Source: a virus (taxonomy: Duplodnaviria > Caudoviricetes). Taken from it: a DNA stretch of 56,286 nt. Below the pieces are notes generated by a model, which made no database searches, had not been told where the DNA came from, and saw only the letters and a list, made by a program, of their open reading frames with translations. Made by a program: the position numbers and the translations under genes. Position 1 is the first letter of the stretch; each line of letters opens with the position of its first letter. Where the stretch lies: IMG/VR virus record IMGVR_UViG_3300034118_001268, positions 1 to 56,286 of that record. The stretch is one strand, 5' to 3'. This document shows, one piece after another, positions 19,124-27,299 of the stretch.

Positions 19124-20242
19124 TTACAGCACCAGGAATGGGGCCTCAGCTGTCGTCAAACCGATGAAGAAATAGCTCTCGGATCCGGCGCGAGACGCCA
19201 AGAGTCCAGCTTCGCCATCGAGGCTTGTATTGGAGAAGACGACGTTGTCCACATACGAAGGATCCCAGTCGTCGATCCCCACTTGGAAGTCCGTGACCTT
19301 GATCGTTCCAGTGCCTGTGCCGTCTTTCCCAAAGACGTCGGCGCCAGAACCACCAGTGAGTCTTTGGCCACCAACTCCCCTGATCACGTCAGCGCCGCCT
19401 CCGCCATTGATGTTGATCAAGCCGGAAGTGTTGCCATTGATCACGTCGCTGAAATTGGTGGCAATGAGACCTTCGATGGCAGTGAAGGCAATTCCGCTGC
19501 TTGTCAGAACGATTTGTGGAGATTGCGAAGATTGAATGATCAGACCTTCACCCCAACCAGACATATCCAACACGTCAGTTCCGGCGCCGCCGTTGATGGT
19601 GTCGAAACCCTGGCTCATGACAAACAAGTCGTTGCCATTTTCACCCAAAATGTTGTCGTTGCCTGTGCCACCATTCAGTGTGTCATCACCGGCGCCACCA
19701 TATAGCGCGTCATTCCCAGCATCACCATTCACGGCGTCGTTACCGTTCTGGCCTTGGACGTTGTCATTGCCATCGCCACCGTGAAGTGCGTCATTTCCGT
19801 CGGCGCCTGTGATAATGTCATTGCCCGCCATGCCATACATTAGATCGGCGCCAAAATTGCCAATCATGCGGTTGTCCAAGCCATTCCCTGTGCCAGTAAA
19901 GCCAGAGAACGAGTTGCCGTTCGTCAGGCCTTCGACGTTATCTTGCAGAAGATAGTAGTTTGTGTTTGTGACACGGACGGTATCAATTCCCTCATTGGCG
20001 TGTTCAATCACTTGATCGAGGAAATTGTCGATGTTGTAGTAATCATCACCGGTTCCGCCATACATCACGTCGTAGCCGCTGTTCCCGTTCAACACGTCAT
20101 TGCCGGAACCGCCATACAAATAGTCGTCACCCAGGCCACCTTGCAGCGTGTCGTGACCGTTTTCACCATACAGGAAATCAGCGTGCATGGTTCCTTGCAG
20201 CCAGTTATTGCCGCCGTTTCCAAAAAGAATACTTCCGCTCAT
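19124..20242 (-). CDS. RTX (hemolysin-type Ca2+-binding repeat) protein
   Basis: Many GGxGxDxLx nonapeptides; GGAGG SD before MSGSILFG; C-terminal VTDFQVGID typical of RTX tails. Confidence 0.9.
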   Translation of the reverse strand: MSGSILFGNGGNNWLQGTMHADFLYGENGHDTLQGGLGDDYLYGGSGNDVLNGNSGYDVMYGGTGDDYYNIDNFLDQVIEHANEGIDTVRVTNTNYYLLQDNVEGLTNGNSFSGFTGTGNGLDNRMIGNFGADLMYGMAGNDIITGADGNDALHGGDGNDNVQGQNGNDAVNGDAGNDALYGGAGDDTLNGGTGNDNILGENGNDLFVMSQGFDTINGGAGTDVLDMSGWGEGLIIQSSQSPQIVLTSSGIAFTAIEGLIATNFSDVINGNTSGLININGGGGADVIRGVGGQRLTGGSGADVFGKDGTGTGTIKVTDFQVGIDDWDPSYVDNVVFSNTSLDGEAGLLASRAGSESYFFIGLTTAEAPFLVL

Positions 20243-20343
20243 GATAGATGGTCCTCCGAAGGTTAAACCGTTGTCACGGCCGACCACATCTGGTCGTTCT
20301 AGGGTCGGCGACAAAGCACAGACCCTAAAAGGACCAGACCCAA

Positions 20344-20760
20344 CTAGTGGGTCTGTTGTGATGGCCACCAATACGGCAAGTCTGGACTTTCAGACCACCC
20401 GAACCTGCCGTAATACTCATCGTCCTTGCGAAGAAGGTTGCTGCGGTGCGATGCGTGCAAATCACGATTACCATACCACCACGGCATCACGATTTCTTCA
20501 GTTGGCATGATCAGGTTCATCGAGTTGTTATATCCTCGCTGAACCCATTCGATGATCATGGTATCGTGGTATTTTTCAAGGGCTGGTTCATATCCAGCCC
20601 ACATCAGAACAGCCGGATGGTTTCGCCATCCATTTGTCTTTTGCCGCCCGCGGAGAACGTTGATGATTTGCAGAGCCTCGACCCTCTGCTTCCCCAGCCT
20701 TCTATAGTCCAGCACTTCGGCTGAAGCTGTGAAGCTGGCAAAAGGTAGGAAGGTTTGCAT
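20344..20760 (-). CDS. pyrimidine-dimer DNA glycosylase (DenV/MSMEG_6728 family)
   Basis: MQTFLP...LGKQRVEALQI...HPAVLMW...HASHRSNLLRKD...LPYWWP. Confidence 0.85.
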   Translation of the reverse strand: MQTFLPFASFTASAEVLDYRRLGKQRVEALQIINVLRGRQKTNGWRNHPAVLMWAGYEPALEKYHDTMIIEWVQRGYNNSMNLIMPTEEIVMPWWYGNRDLHASHRSNLLRKDDEYYGRFGWSESPDLPYWWPSQQTH

Positions 20761-20764
20761 ACCG

Positions 20765-21163
20765 TCACCGCGACTCAGCAGCTTCGGTCAAAACAATATG
20801 ATGATCCAGGTCGGGCATTTCAAGAGCATCGGGCTCCTCAATGCAAAGATCATCAAAACTCAGATTTCGCCACCCGTCGATGAATTCTTCGGTAACTTGA
20901 CCTGCGTCGCTTTCCTGCCAAAGTTCCGACTTGTCGGCCGCCTCATCTTCAAGGCGTCCTACCACATCATAGAGAAACTCCTGAGTCTCAGCAAGAGCCT
21001 CGTTATATTTCACCTCGTTGGCCTGGACGTGAAGGCTGAACAATTTCGACATTTCCTCATTAAATGTCTCGATGCCCTTGGAAAGGGCTGCGCCCGCCAA
21101 CTCTAAACTGGCGGCTAGTTCTTCACGGCGTTTGATCTCCGCCTTTGTCAGTTTGAAAGCCAT
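20765..21163 (-). CDS. acidic hypothetical protein
   Basis: GAGGAG SD; strongly Glu/Asp-rich. Confidence 0.7.
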   Translation of the reverse strand: MAFKLTKAEIKRREELAASLELAGAALSKGIETFNEEMSKLFSLHVQANEVKYNEALAETQEFLYDVVGRLEDEAADKSELWQESDAGQVTEEFIDGWRNLSFDDLCIEEPDALEMPDLDHHIVLTEAAESR

Positions 21164-21254
21164 GAGCCATATCTCCTCTTTTCTGGCTGTTGGAAAATCG
21201 ACATTAACACGATCTCGACAGCTTAGATACTTCTAATGCTGCCGAGTTTAAGAT

Positions 21255-21331
21255 TGGCGCGCCCTGGTGGACTCGAACCACCGACCCACAGCTTAGAAGG
21301 CTGTTGCTCTATCCAACTGAGCTAAGGGCGC
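21255..21331 (-). tRNA. tRNA-Arg (anticodon UCU)
   Basis: GCGCCCT/AGGGCGC acceptor stem, D-arm AGCTCAGTTGGATAGAGC, anticodon loop CTTCTAA, GGTTCGAGTCC T-arm, encoded CCA; 77 nt. Confidence 0.95.
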
Positions 21332-21477
21332 CCTAACTCTTGCCACTCGATGACGAAGTCAGCCTTCGTCTCGCGTTCAACTTCGATCCAGCGCCGAAGT
21401 TCATCTTCCGACACTTGATCCCAGTTGGCTTGCCACCCGTGGGCTTTAAGCCAACTGACCATCTCATTCCGCGTCAT
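21322..21477 (-). CDS. small hypothetical protein (51 aa); the stop overlaps the tRNA 5' end
   Basis: ATG just after the upstream stop; MTRNEMVSWLKAHGW... Confidence 0.4.
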   Translation of the reverse strand: MTRNEMVSWLKAHGWQANWDQVSEDELRRWIEVERETKADFVIEWQELGRP

Positions 21478-21478
21478 A

Positions 21479-21907
21479 TTACGCGGCCACCGACTTGGCA
21501 ATGAGACCCTTGCGAACCATCATGGAGCGGTTCCAAGCAGGGTAATACTTCTTGGAGTCGTCCATGTTGAACTGGACCTTGACGTCATCCCAGATCTCGG
21601 CATTGGTCTTGCCAGCAGAGATCAAAGATTGGATCGTGCCAGACACGGAAGCCTTGCGATCGGCCTTTGCGGCAGACTTGGCAGGCTTGGCAGGCTTGGC
21701 AGCATTCTTCGCAGCCGCGGCCTTGGCGGTGGCAACGATCGCGAGGACGCGCTTGATGCCGGTCGGACGATCGGTAAACTTCTTGATCGTGCCAATGCCA
21801 AGCTTTTGGGCAAGGACGTTATAGACAGAGGCCAGTTCGGCGCCGCTCATCAGCTCGATCTGGGCTTCGGTCAGATTTTCAATCTGTTGGTTGGTGAAGG
21901 TACGCAT
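21479..21907 (-). CDS. Lys/Ala-rich protein with a C-terminal HTH-like domain (third paralog)
   Basis: SVSGTIQSLI...TNAEIW...DDSKKYYPAWNRSMMVRKG; GCTGAGGAG leader. Confidence 0.75.
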   Translation of the reverse strand: MRTFTNQQIENLTEAQIELMSGAELASVYNVLAQKLGIGTIKKFTDRPTGIKRVLAIVATAKAAAAKNAAKPAKPAKSAAKADRKASVSGTIQSLISAGKTNAEIWDDVKVQFNMDDSKKYYPAWNRSMMVRKGLIAKSVAA

Positions 21908-21943
21908 CTTTCAATCTCCTCAGCAGGGGTTGTTGATGAAATG

Positions 21944-21972
21944 ATGATACCAAACTCCTAGGAGCATGTAAA
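21944..21972 (-). promoter_or_regulatory. sigma70-type early promoter
   Basis: TTTACA-17 nt-TATCAT with an A/T tract upstream. Confidence 0.7.
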
Positions 21973-22001
21973 CAACTATTTTCAATTTTTTGAAAAAAAT
22001 T

Positions 22002-22280
22002 TTAGGCCTTACCGCTTCCCCAGCACAATTGACAAGTCATCTTTAGTGAGGAGAACCCGTTGTGAACTCCGACCCACCCTTTTCCCCCACATTGGAAGCA
22101 CTGCTTTTCACCAGACAATCTCAACGCATCTCTGAAAGCCGTTGCGATCTTTGAAAACTCTTCGGAAGTTCCACCCATATCTGGATGGTGGATCTTGGCA
22201 AGTGACAACCAAGCACTCCTGACTTCTTCCGAAGAGGCAGTTTCTGGGAGACCTAAAATTTCAAACGGGGATTTCTTCAT
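22002..22280 (-). CDS. minimal DnaJ-like protein (J-domain plus CxxCxGxG zinc finger)
   Basis: PFEILGL...HHPD; CFQCGGKG...CQLCWGSG. Confidence 0.85.
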   Translation of the reverse strand: MKKSPFEILGLPETASSEEVRSAWLSLAKIHHPDMGGTSEEFSKIATAFRDALRLSGEKQCFQCGGKGWVGVHNGFSSLKMTCQLCWGSGKA

Positions 22281-22654
22281 CAGCTTCTTTTCTCTTTGAG
22301 AACCTTCGGCTGTTCGAGAAGAACTGCTGCCAATTTGTTGGCGTACCAAATCGCCTTGAGGTTATCCTCGACCGGATTGGCTTTCAACATCAGTCGCCAC
22401 TGATACTTGATCACTTGACCACGAAGGAACCCAATGAACTGTTCACGGCCCAACGCTGCTCTGATTGCATCGATGCACTCAATGCCGTTGTCCGACGCCG
22501 TGTAGTGTGGCGGATGGTTCACCAGATCAGGAGGACTGGTGTCGACTTCACCAAGAATGTCGCCTGACAAATCTGCTCCGCCGAGGAATGCGTCACCAGG
22601 CAGCAAATTTTCCTCATTGGGAAACAGGTCGTGCTGGTCTTCAATTTGTCCCAT
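22280..22654 (-). CDS. DUF3310 family protein
   Basis: VNHPPHY...IECIDAI...IKYQWR...EDNLKAIWY. Confidence 0.85.
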   Translation of the reverse strand: MGQIEDQHDLFPNEENLLPGDAFLGGADLSGDILGEVDTSPPDLVNHPPHYTASDNGIECIDAIRAALGREQFIGFLRGQVIKYQWRLMLKANPVEDNLKAIWYANKLAAVLLEQPKVLKEKRS

Positions 22655-22964
22655 CTGGTATGTCCTCCGCTTGTTGGCCGATGAATTCAAGTTCCTTGAA
22701 GCTGGGCATCTTAATCAACCAGCCTCTGGTTTCGAACTCCTTAAACAGAGCCTCTGCCGTGTCGCAAGCTTTCGTAGCCACGTAGCCAGGATAGAGAGCC
22801 ACATCAGCCGTCGACATCATCGCACTTGCAAGGCTTTGCGCAAGGAACGCTCTTGGATCAAGATGCGTCCTCTGATGGAGGAAGGCGATAGTGGATCCCG
22901 GATTGCTCCGGGAGTCCACCAGCACGTCGACATGGTCGGTTCCTCCGATCCTTGTCGTGTTCAT
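22641..22964 (-). CDS. hypothetical protein
   Basis: Operon packing. Confidence 0.6.
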   Translation of the reverse strand: MNTTRIGGTDHVDVLVDSRSNPGSTIAFLHQRTHLDPRAFLAQSLASAMMSTADVALYPGYVATKACDTAEALFKEFETRGWLIKMPSFKELEFIGQQAEDIPDGTN

Positions 22965-23248
22965 TCTTCGTCCTCGTCTTCATCCTCGTCTTCTTCAGGA
23001 TCTTCGTCGTCCTCCTGAGAAGAAGAGAGTTCGAGAACGTTCGGGATCAAGTCGTTGTTGATCCAGTCGAGAAGGCCCGCCTTGTCCGTAGGAATATCGA
23101 CCTCCTCAACAGAGGCCGCCTCCTTGGCCGCTTTCGAGCGCGGATTGATGCCCGCCGCTTCGAGAAGATCATCGCGCATGGCCTTTGCGTCTGACTGCGA
23201 CCCGGCAAAAGATGTGTGGCCCTGGCAGATTACTTGATATGCCTTCAT
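22961..23248 (-). CDS. hypothetical protein with an acidic tail
   Basis: GGAGG SD; ends EDDEDPEEDEDEDEDEE. Confidence 0.7.
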   Translation of the reverse strand: MKAYQVICQGHTSFAGSQSDAKAMRDDLLEAAGINPRSKAAKEAASVEEVDIPTDKAGLLDWINNDLIPNVLELSSSQEDDEDPEEDEDEDEDEE

Positions 23249-23493
23249 TGATCGTCACCTCCCAGAAGTCCGAGAAGATCACCGCCAAGACCTTGAAGGC
23301 GACCAACGGCGTCTTTGTTGCCGGCCTGTTTGGCATCACCCGCATGAGCCTTCGTCGTCTCACGCATTGACTTGATCAGGCCACGACGTGCGGCCTTATC
23401 AGACTTGTCCCGCGCCGCCAAAGCCTTCGCGACTTCAGATGCAACGAGCTCAGCAATCGCAGGATCACTGAGTAGCTTACTGGCTCTCGCCAT
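23245..23493 (-). CDS. hypothetical protein
   Basis: AAGGAG SD before MARASK. Confidence 0.7.
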   Translation of the reverse strand: MARASKLLSDPAIAELVASEVAKALAARDKSDKAARRGLIKSMRETTKAHAGDAKQAGNKDAVGRLQGLGGDLLGLLGGDDQ

Positions 23494-23577
23494 TTGGATT
23501 ATCTCCTTGAGATGGTTGAAAACGAACATAAATCTGAGGTTCGTCACTTCCTTGTCAGACTACCCCTCAGCAAGGCT

Positions 23578-23607
23578 ATTCTAAAGCGGTCTCGCGCTGA
23601 CTGTAAA
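23578..23607 (-). promoter_or_regulatory. sigma70-type early promoter
   Basis: TTTACA-18 nt-TAGAAT, immediately followed by CCTTGCTGAGG. Confidence 0.6.
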
Positions 23608-23630
23608 CAGTAAACTTGCGATGATCGCAG

Positions 23631-23840
23631 TTAACAAGGCGTCATATTTTTCAAAGAGAAAATTTCCACCTTGTTCGTGTCAAGAGCAAACGCTCTTATC
23701 AACCACTCTTCTTCGGCGTGCGATGAAATTCTCCCGAACCACATCCCTCTCGGCATGATCGTTCGAGTTGCAACAGTGCCTTCAGCATCAGTGTAAACGA
23801 CTTTGATCGCAGGCTTCAGTTCGAAGAGAATTTGGTTCAT
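23631..23840 (-). CDS. stand-alone WYL-domain protein
   Basis: YTDAEG...RTIMP...WLIRAF...FSLKNM matches the WYL pattern. Confidence 0.65.
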   Translation of the reverse strand: MNQILFELKPAIKVVYTDAEGTVATRTIMPRGMWFGRISSHAEEEWLIRAFALDTNKVEIFSLKNMTPC

Positions 23841-24292
23841 GGGACGCCGTCATCCGTTTGGATCATTTCGATCCGCTGTCTGATATGACGCTTTGTCGCA
23901 ATCACGGTCCCACGCAAAGCGACCGCAGGGTTTTCGAGGATGGCCTTCAGTGTCTTCTCTGGTGGGTCACCAGGCAATTCAGGCTCTTCGTCCACAGCTT
24001 TGATTGCCAAAGCCTTGCCATCCTTCAGCCCCGCTCTATAGGCTTCTGCCTCGGTCGTGGTCATTTCACGTTTGTTCACGATCAGATCCTTCACGAAGTC
24101 GCCGAGTTGTGTCAACCACCAGAACTTCGGCGTGTTCATAACCAAGCCCAAAGCTTCCAGATTTTTGAGAAGCTCGGGCGATGCTGCGCCGCCATCAACG
24201 ATGATTTTCTTCTCTTCATCACTGAGTTCGGAAATAATCTGCTTCGGCCAACAGTATTGCCTGTCGGGCATCGGGTTGTCCATGCTAGCCAT
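23837..24292 (-). CDS. hypothetical protein
   Basis: GGAGGGAG SD. Confidence 0.6.
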   Translation of the reverse strand: MASMDNPMPDRQYCWPKQIISELSDEEKKIIVDGGAASPELLKNLEALGLVMNTPKFWWLTQLGDFVKDLIVNKREMTTTEAEAYRAGLKDGKALAIKAVDEEPELPGDPPEKTLKAILENPAVALRGTVIATKRHIRQRIEMIQTDDGVP

Positions 24293-24352
24293 TTTTTCTC
24301 CCTCCAAAAAGGATGTAAACGATAGCCAAGAATATCAGCAATTCCCCAAGCA

Positions 24353-26467
24353 TCAGAATTTCTTCCTTCTCTTTGGTTTTGTATCCTCGGCAAGATAGGT
24401 ACGAACTTGGTCAAAAGTTGCCTTGACCCATTTCTCCCTATTCCTCAGAACGTAAAACCTATCTTGACCGTCTTCGGTTTTGATCGGCTTTCCGTCTAAG
24501 ACTTGTGGCACACCGGCTCTACGCAACTCTCTGCCTAGACCGTTTGCGGTGGTCCTTGTTCTCTGCTCTGGGTCGTAGATCTTCAACAGTTGGCGATTTG
24601 TAAAGAGATCACCCTTCATGGGAATGTCGCCAATCCGAAGAACCGCGTCAGGATTTTGGATCAACATACGGACCCAGCTTCCAAGATCGGAACGCACGTC
24701 AGCTGTCATTCTGTCTTTAGCAGCTGTGCGCATGGCTGGTGCCGCTGGGTTGAAATCGCTTGTGTCTATGTTCAAAAGATAGTGGAAAATTGCCGCCGAA
24801 CCCCCTGTGTCCAACCATATATCGTAGTCGACATAGAACTCTTCCGAGAGTGGGCCCACCATAACTTCATGGATGAAGAAACGTCGATCGTCGTCTTCAA
24901 GAAAGAACGCATCAGGCTGGTTCGATGTCCACAAATAGTTGATGCAATCAGGCACCACGTAGCTTGGAACATATTTCGGATTGAGTCTTAACTCGCGCTG
25001 AGTTATCAACTTCTTCAGCATGTCGGCATCAGCTCTTCTGTCTGATCCTGTGACGTCGTCACCCAACACAAACTGTTTGTTCTCAGCCCACTCGTTAAAC
25101 CCTGCGTGAAGGTCTGTCTGCTTGATCTCTGTGAAGTTGCGCCCATAGATACGACCAAGCGAGTAGCCAATGAGAGACTTGCCCGTCCCGTGTTTGATGC
25201 CATGAATAGCTGCGGACGAGAACATCTTTGTTCCTGGAAATTGTAACGGGTAGGCACACCAATTTATGAACCATTTTTTTGCCTCCGGGTCTGCACCTGT
25301 GAACAAATGATCGATCAACCGTAAGAATGGGGCCACGTCTCCCTTCTTCGGTTCAACTCCCCAGCCTGGCCACGTATTATACATGGAAGTCATGACTGAA
25401 CCTGTCGGGATTACTTGATCTCTTCCAGGAGCATAGGTCAGTTTTCCAACCTCTCTTCGCATCGGCCACTTCAACCATGCTTGCGCTGCTGACGCAGGCC
25501 TTAGCGAAATGTTGCCATTGTCCTTGACGACCTGTTCGACGTAATCGGCCGTCGAGAATGCGTGGTCTTTGAATTGCGATGGGGAAATCTTCTGACCTGT
25601 CTCATGCATAATGACGAGACCAGGATTATAGACGTAGGTCACTTGATCATTCAACCGCCAAAGACTCTGTGCCAGAGTCAGCGGGTACGACCCATCTCGC
25701 ATCAGTGAACCTAGCTCGTCTGCAGGCCTCGCTATAAGAAAGTCGTCTAGTCCTGTTTTCGCATTCTCGACCACATCCGGCAAAGGCACAAGATTTGGAA
25801 TTGCTCCTCGTTGCCGTAACTCTTCGGCTAATTCATTCAAGGCCGAACACACCATTGGATTGGACCTGAAGTCTGAGTCGTAGGCGATGTAGACGTACCG
25901 CTTGATCCAATTCACTCTTTCGAGTTCTTGTAGGAATGAAATTCCCAACTTGGCACTTTTGAAGTTGTAAACTCCACCAAGCCCTATTGTAGGGAACCCT
26001 TCCTTACAAGCCTTGGCAGCTTTGAATTCGCCTTCTGTAATGATGAGAGGTTGCCAAGTGTCGTTCAGTATTTCTTTCCAATTGATGTTTGGCAAATGGG
26101 GAAAATACGAGCAGACTCCTGAGTCGGGCTCTTGAACATACCTCGGGGGTTTTTTGTTGGCGAGGCTCGCAAAATCCGAAGGAGTTTTGAGATACCTCAG
26201 CCTATAAAATTGTGGCCACTTCGGCCAGCCGGTCAAAGGCTTCTGCGGATCAAATGGGTCGAAGTATGGAATTTTGAGACTCGGCACTGGTTTGAAATTC
26301 TTGTGAAGAGACTGCGTCTCTATCGGGTCTAAGAAGTGCATACCCAGATGCTGCGCATCCTCGGTAGTCAATCCTGACGATGCAAGCTTTGCCAAGCCAA
26401 GTTCCATGGTCTCGCCAGATTTGCGAGGCATCTTGGGTTGCGTTGATTTTGAAGAACTTTTCCCCAT
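24353..26467 (-). CDS. primase-helicase (Toprim/DUF3854-like plus SF3-like NTPase)
   Basis: ITEGEFKAAKA, AYDSD and GLDD Toprim motifs; HGTGKS Walker A, GDD, SN, DRRF. Confidence 0.9.
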   Translation of the reverse strand: MGKSSSKSTQPKMPRKSGETMELGLAKLASSGLTTEDAQHLGMHFLDPIETQSLHKNFKPVPSLKIPYFDPFDPQKPLTGWPKWPQFYRLRYLKTPSDFASLANKKPPRYVQEPDSGVCSYFPHLPNINWKEILNDTWQPLIITEGEFKAAKACKEGFPTIGLGGVYNFKSAKLGISFLQELERVNWIKRYVYIAYDSDFRSNPMVCSALNELAEELRQRGAIPNLVPLPDVVENAKTGLDDFLIARPADELGSLMRDGSYPLTLAQSLWRLNDQVTYVYNPGLVIMHETGQKISPSQFKDHAFSTADYVEQVVKDNGNISLRPASAAQAWLKWPMRREVGKLTYAPGRDQVIPTGSVMTSMYNTWPGWGVEPKKGDVAPFLRLIDHLFTGADPEAKKWFINWCAYPLQFPGTKMFSSAAIHGIKHGTGKSLIGYSLGRIYGRNFTEIKQTDLHAGFNEWAENKQFVLGDDVTGSDRRADADMLKKLITQRELRLNPKYVPSYVVPDCINYLWTSNQPDAFFLEDDDRRFFIHEVMVGPLSEEFYVDYDIWLDTGGSAAIFHYLLNIDTSDFNPAAPAMRTAAKDRMTADVRSDLGSWVRMLIQNPDAVLRIGDIPMKGDLFTNRQLLKIYDPEQRTRTTANGLGRELRRAGVPQVLDGKPIKTEDGQDRFYVLRNREKWVKATFDQVRTYLAEDTKPKRRKKF

Positions 26468-26476
26468 TACATTTTC

Positions 26477-26586
26477 CTGTCAGACAATAGTTGAGCTGCC
26501 TCAGCAACAGCCTTCCAATTCAGAACCTCAGCTTTCTGAACGGGGTGGCCGCCCGAACCGCCACCTTGCTGAGGAGTGTCTGACAG
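26477..26586. ncRNA. candidate structured RNA (multi-stem junction) in the primase leader
   Basis: Nested pairings 26477-86/26577-86, 26499-507/26566-74, 26519-25/26534-40, 26544-49/26560-65. Confidence 0.55.
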
Positions 26587-26649
26587 AGTGCGTAAGGCAG
26601 GAGAATACCCATCACACATCCGATCACGCGGTAAGGGCGACCGAGCCAG

Positions 26650-26679
26650 ACTGTATCGCGGTTTTTGCCGAACTGTAAA
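26650..26679 (-). promoter_or_regulatory. sigma70-type promoter for the primase leader
   Basis: TTTACA-18 nt-TACAGT. Confidence 0.55.
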
Positions 26680-26686
26680 CAACTTT

Positions 26687-27199
26687 TTATTCCTCGCTGC
26701 CAGCGCCTTTTGGGAGCGGTGTTCTGTATTTCTTCTTTGGTTTTTCGGCGTGGTTGACAGCAAGAGTCTCCTTTGAAGTAGGAAATTCGCTTATCAATTC
26801 GTCGACTTTGCTCGACCTAAAAATCGTACAGACGTCGCCCCTGACAGTTCTTGTGATTGATGATTTGTCCAGAGACCTGGAAAAATAGACAATCAGAGTC
26901 GGTTTGCCGAGACCTGTCAGCTTTGCCAGATCCTCCCAACCGTGGACTTCTCCGACTATTCCGGTCGTGTGATTGGCAACTTTGAAGACTTCCTTGTTGC
27001 GTTCATACTTGGGTTTTTCGGTTTCGTATCCGATTTGTGTGTAGTGTTCGAGCTCTTTCAAAAGCTCTTGGACAGCTTCGACAACGTCATAAAGAGCGGG
27101 TGTGACCTTCTCAAGTTTTACACGTGAGCGATCCATCAAAATTCGGAGTCGCATTTTCTCCTTCAGTTTGAGTCCACGATGCACGGTCATGATGTCCAC
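26687..27199 (-). CDS. hypothetical protein (possible HTH)
   Basis: First early-arm ORF; WEDLAKLTGLGKPTLIVY; start uncertain. Confidence 0.55.
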   Translation of the reverse strand: MDIMTVHRGLKLKEKMRLRILMDRSRVKLEKVTPALYDVVEAVQELLKELEHYTQIGYETEKPKYERNKEVFKVANHTTGIVGEVHGWEDLAKLTGLGKPTLIVYFSRSLDKSSITRTVRGDVCTIFRSSKVDELISEFPTSKETLAVNHAEKPKKKYRTPLPKGAGSEE

Positions 27200-27226
27200 A
27201 ACTCCATGAAATTAAAGGGAAATTTG

Positions 27227-27255
27227 CCTATACGCTACTTCGAAAATTCTGTAAA
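27227..27255 (-). promoter_or_regulatory. sigma70-type early promoter
   Basis: TTTACA-17 nt-TATAGG. Confidence 0.55.
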
Positions 27256-27299
27256 CAGTGGGTTATAGCGCTCTGATACAGATCCGGAATACGGCGACC

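Noticed and set aside
18788-19705. Long plus-strand ORF (305 aa)
   Set aside because: Shadow of the RTX gene's biased codons.
21255-21331. tRNA as an attachment site or prophage boundary
   Set aside because: No integrase or duplicated tRNA 3' end found; phage genes lie on both sides.
2725-26574. CCTCAGC equals the BbvCI recognition site
   Set aside because: No matching nuclease or methylase; the strand bias and SD position point to a leader function. Copies at 3240 and 19144 lie inside genes and are likely chance.
26467-26763. 98-aa ORF upstream of the primase
   Set aside because: Overlaps the promoter, the structured element and the upstream gene; no SD; better explained as non-coding.
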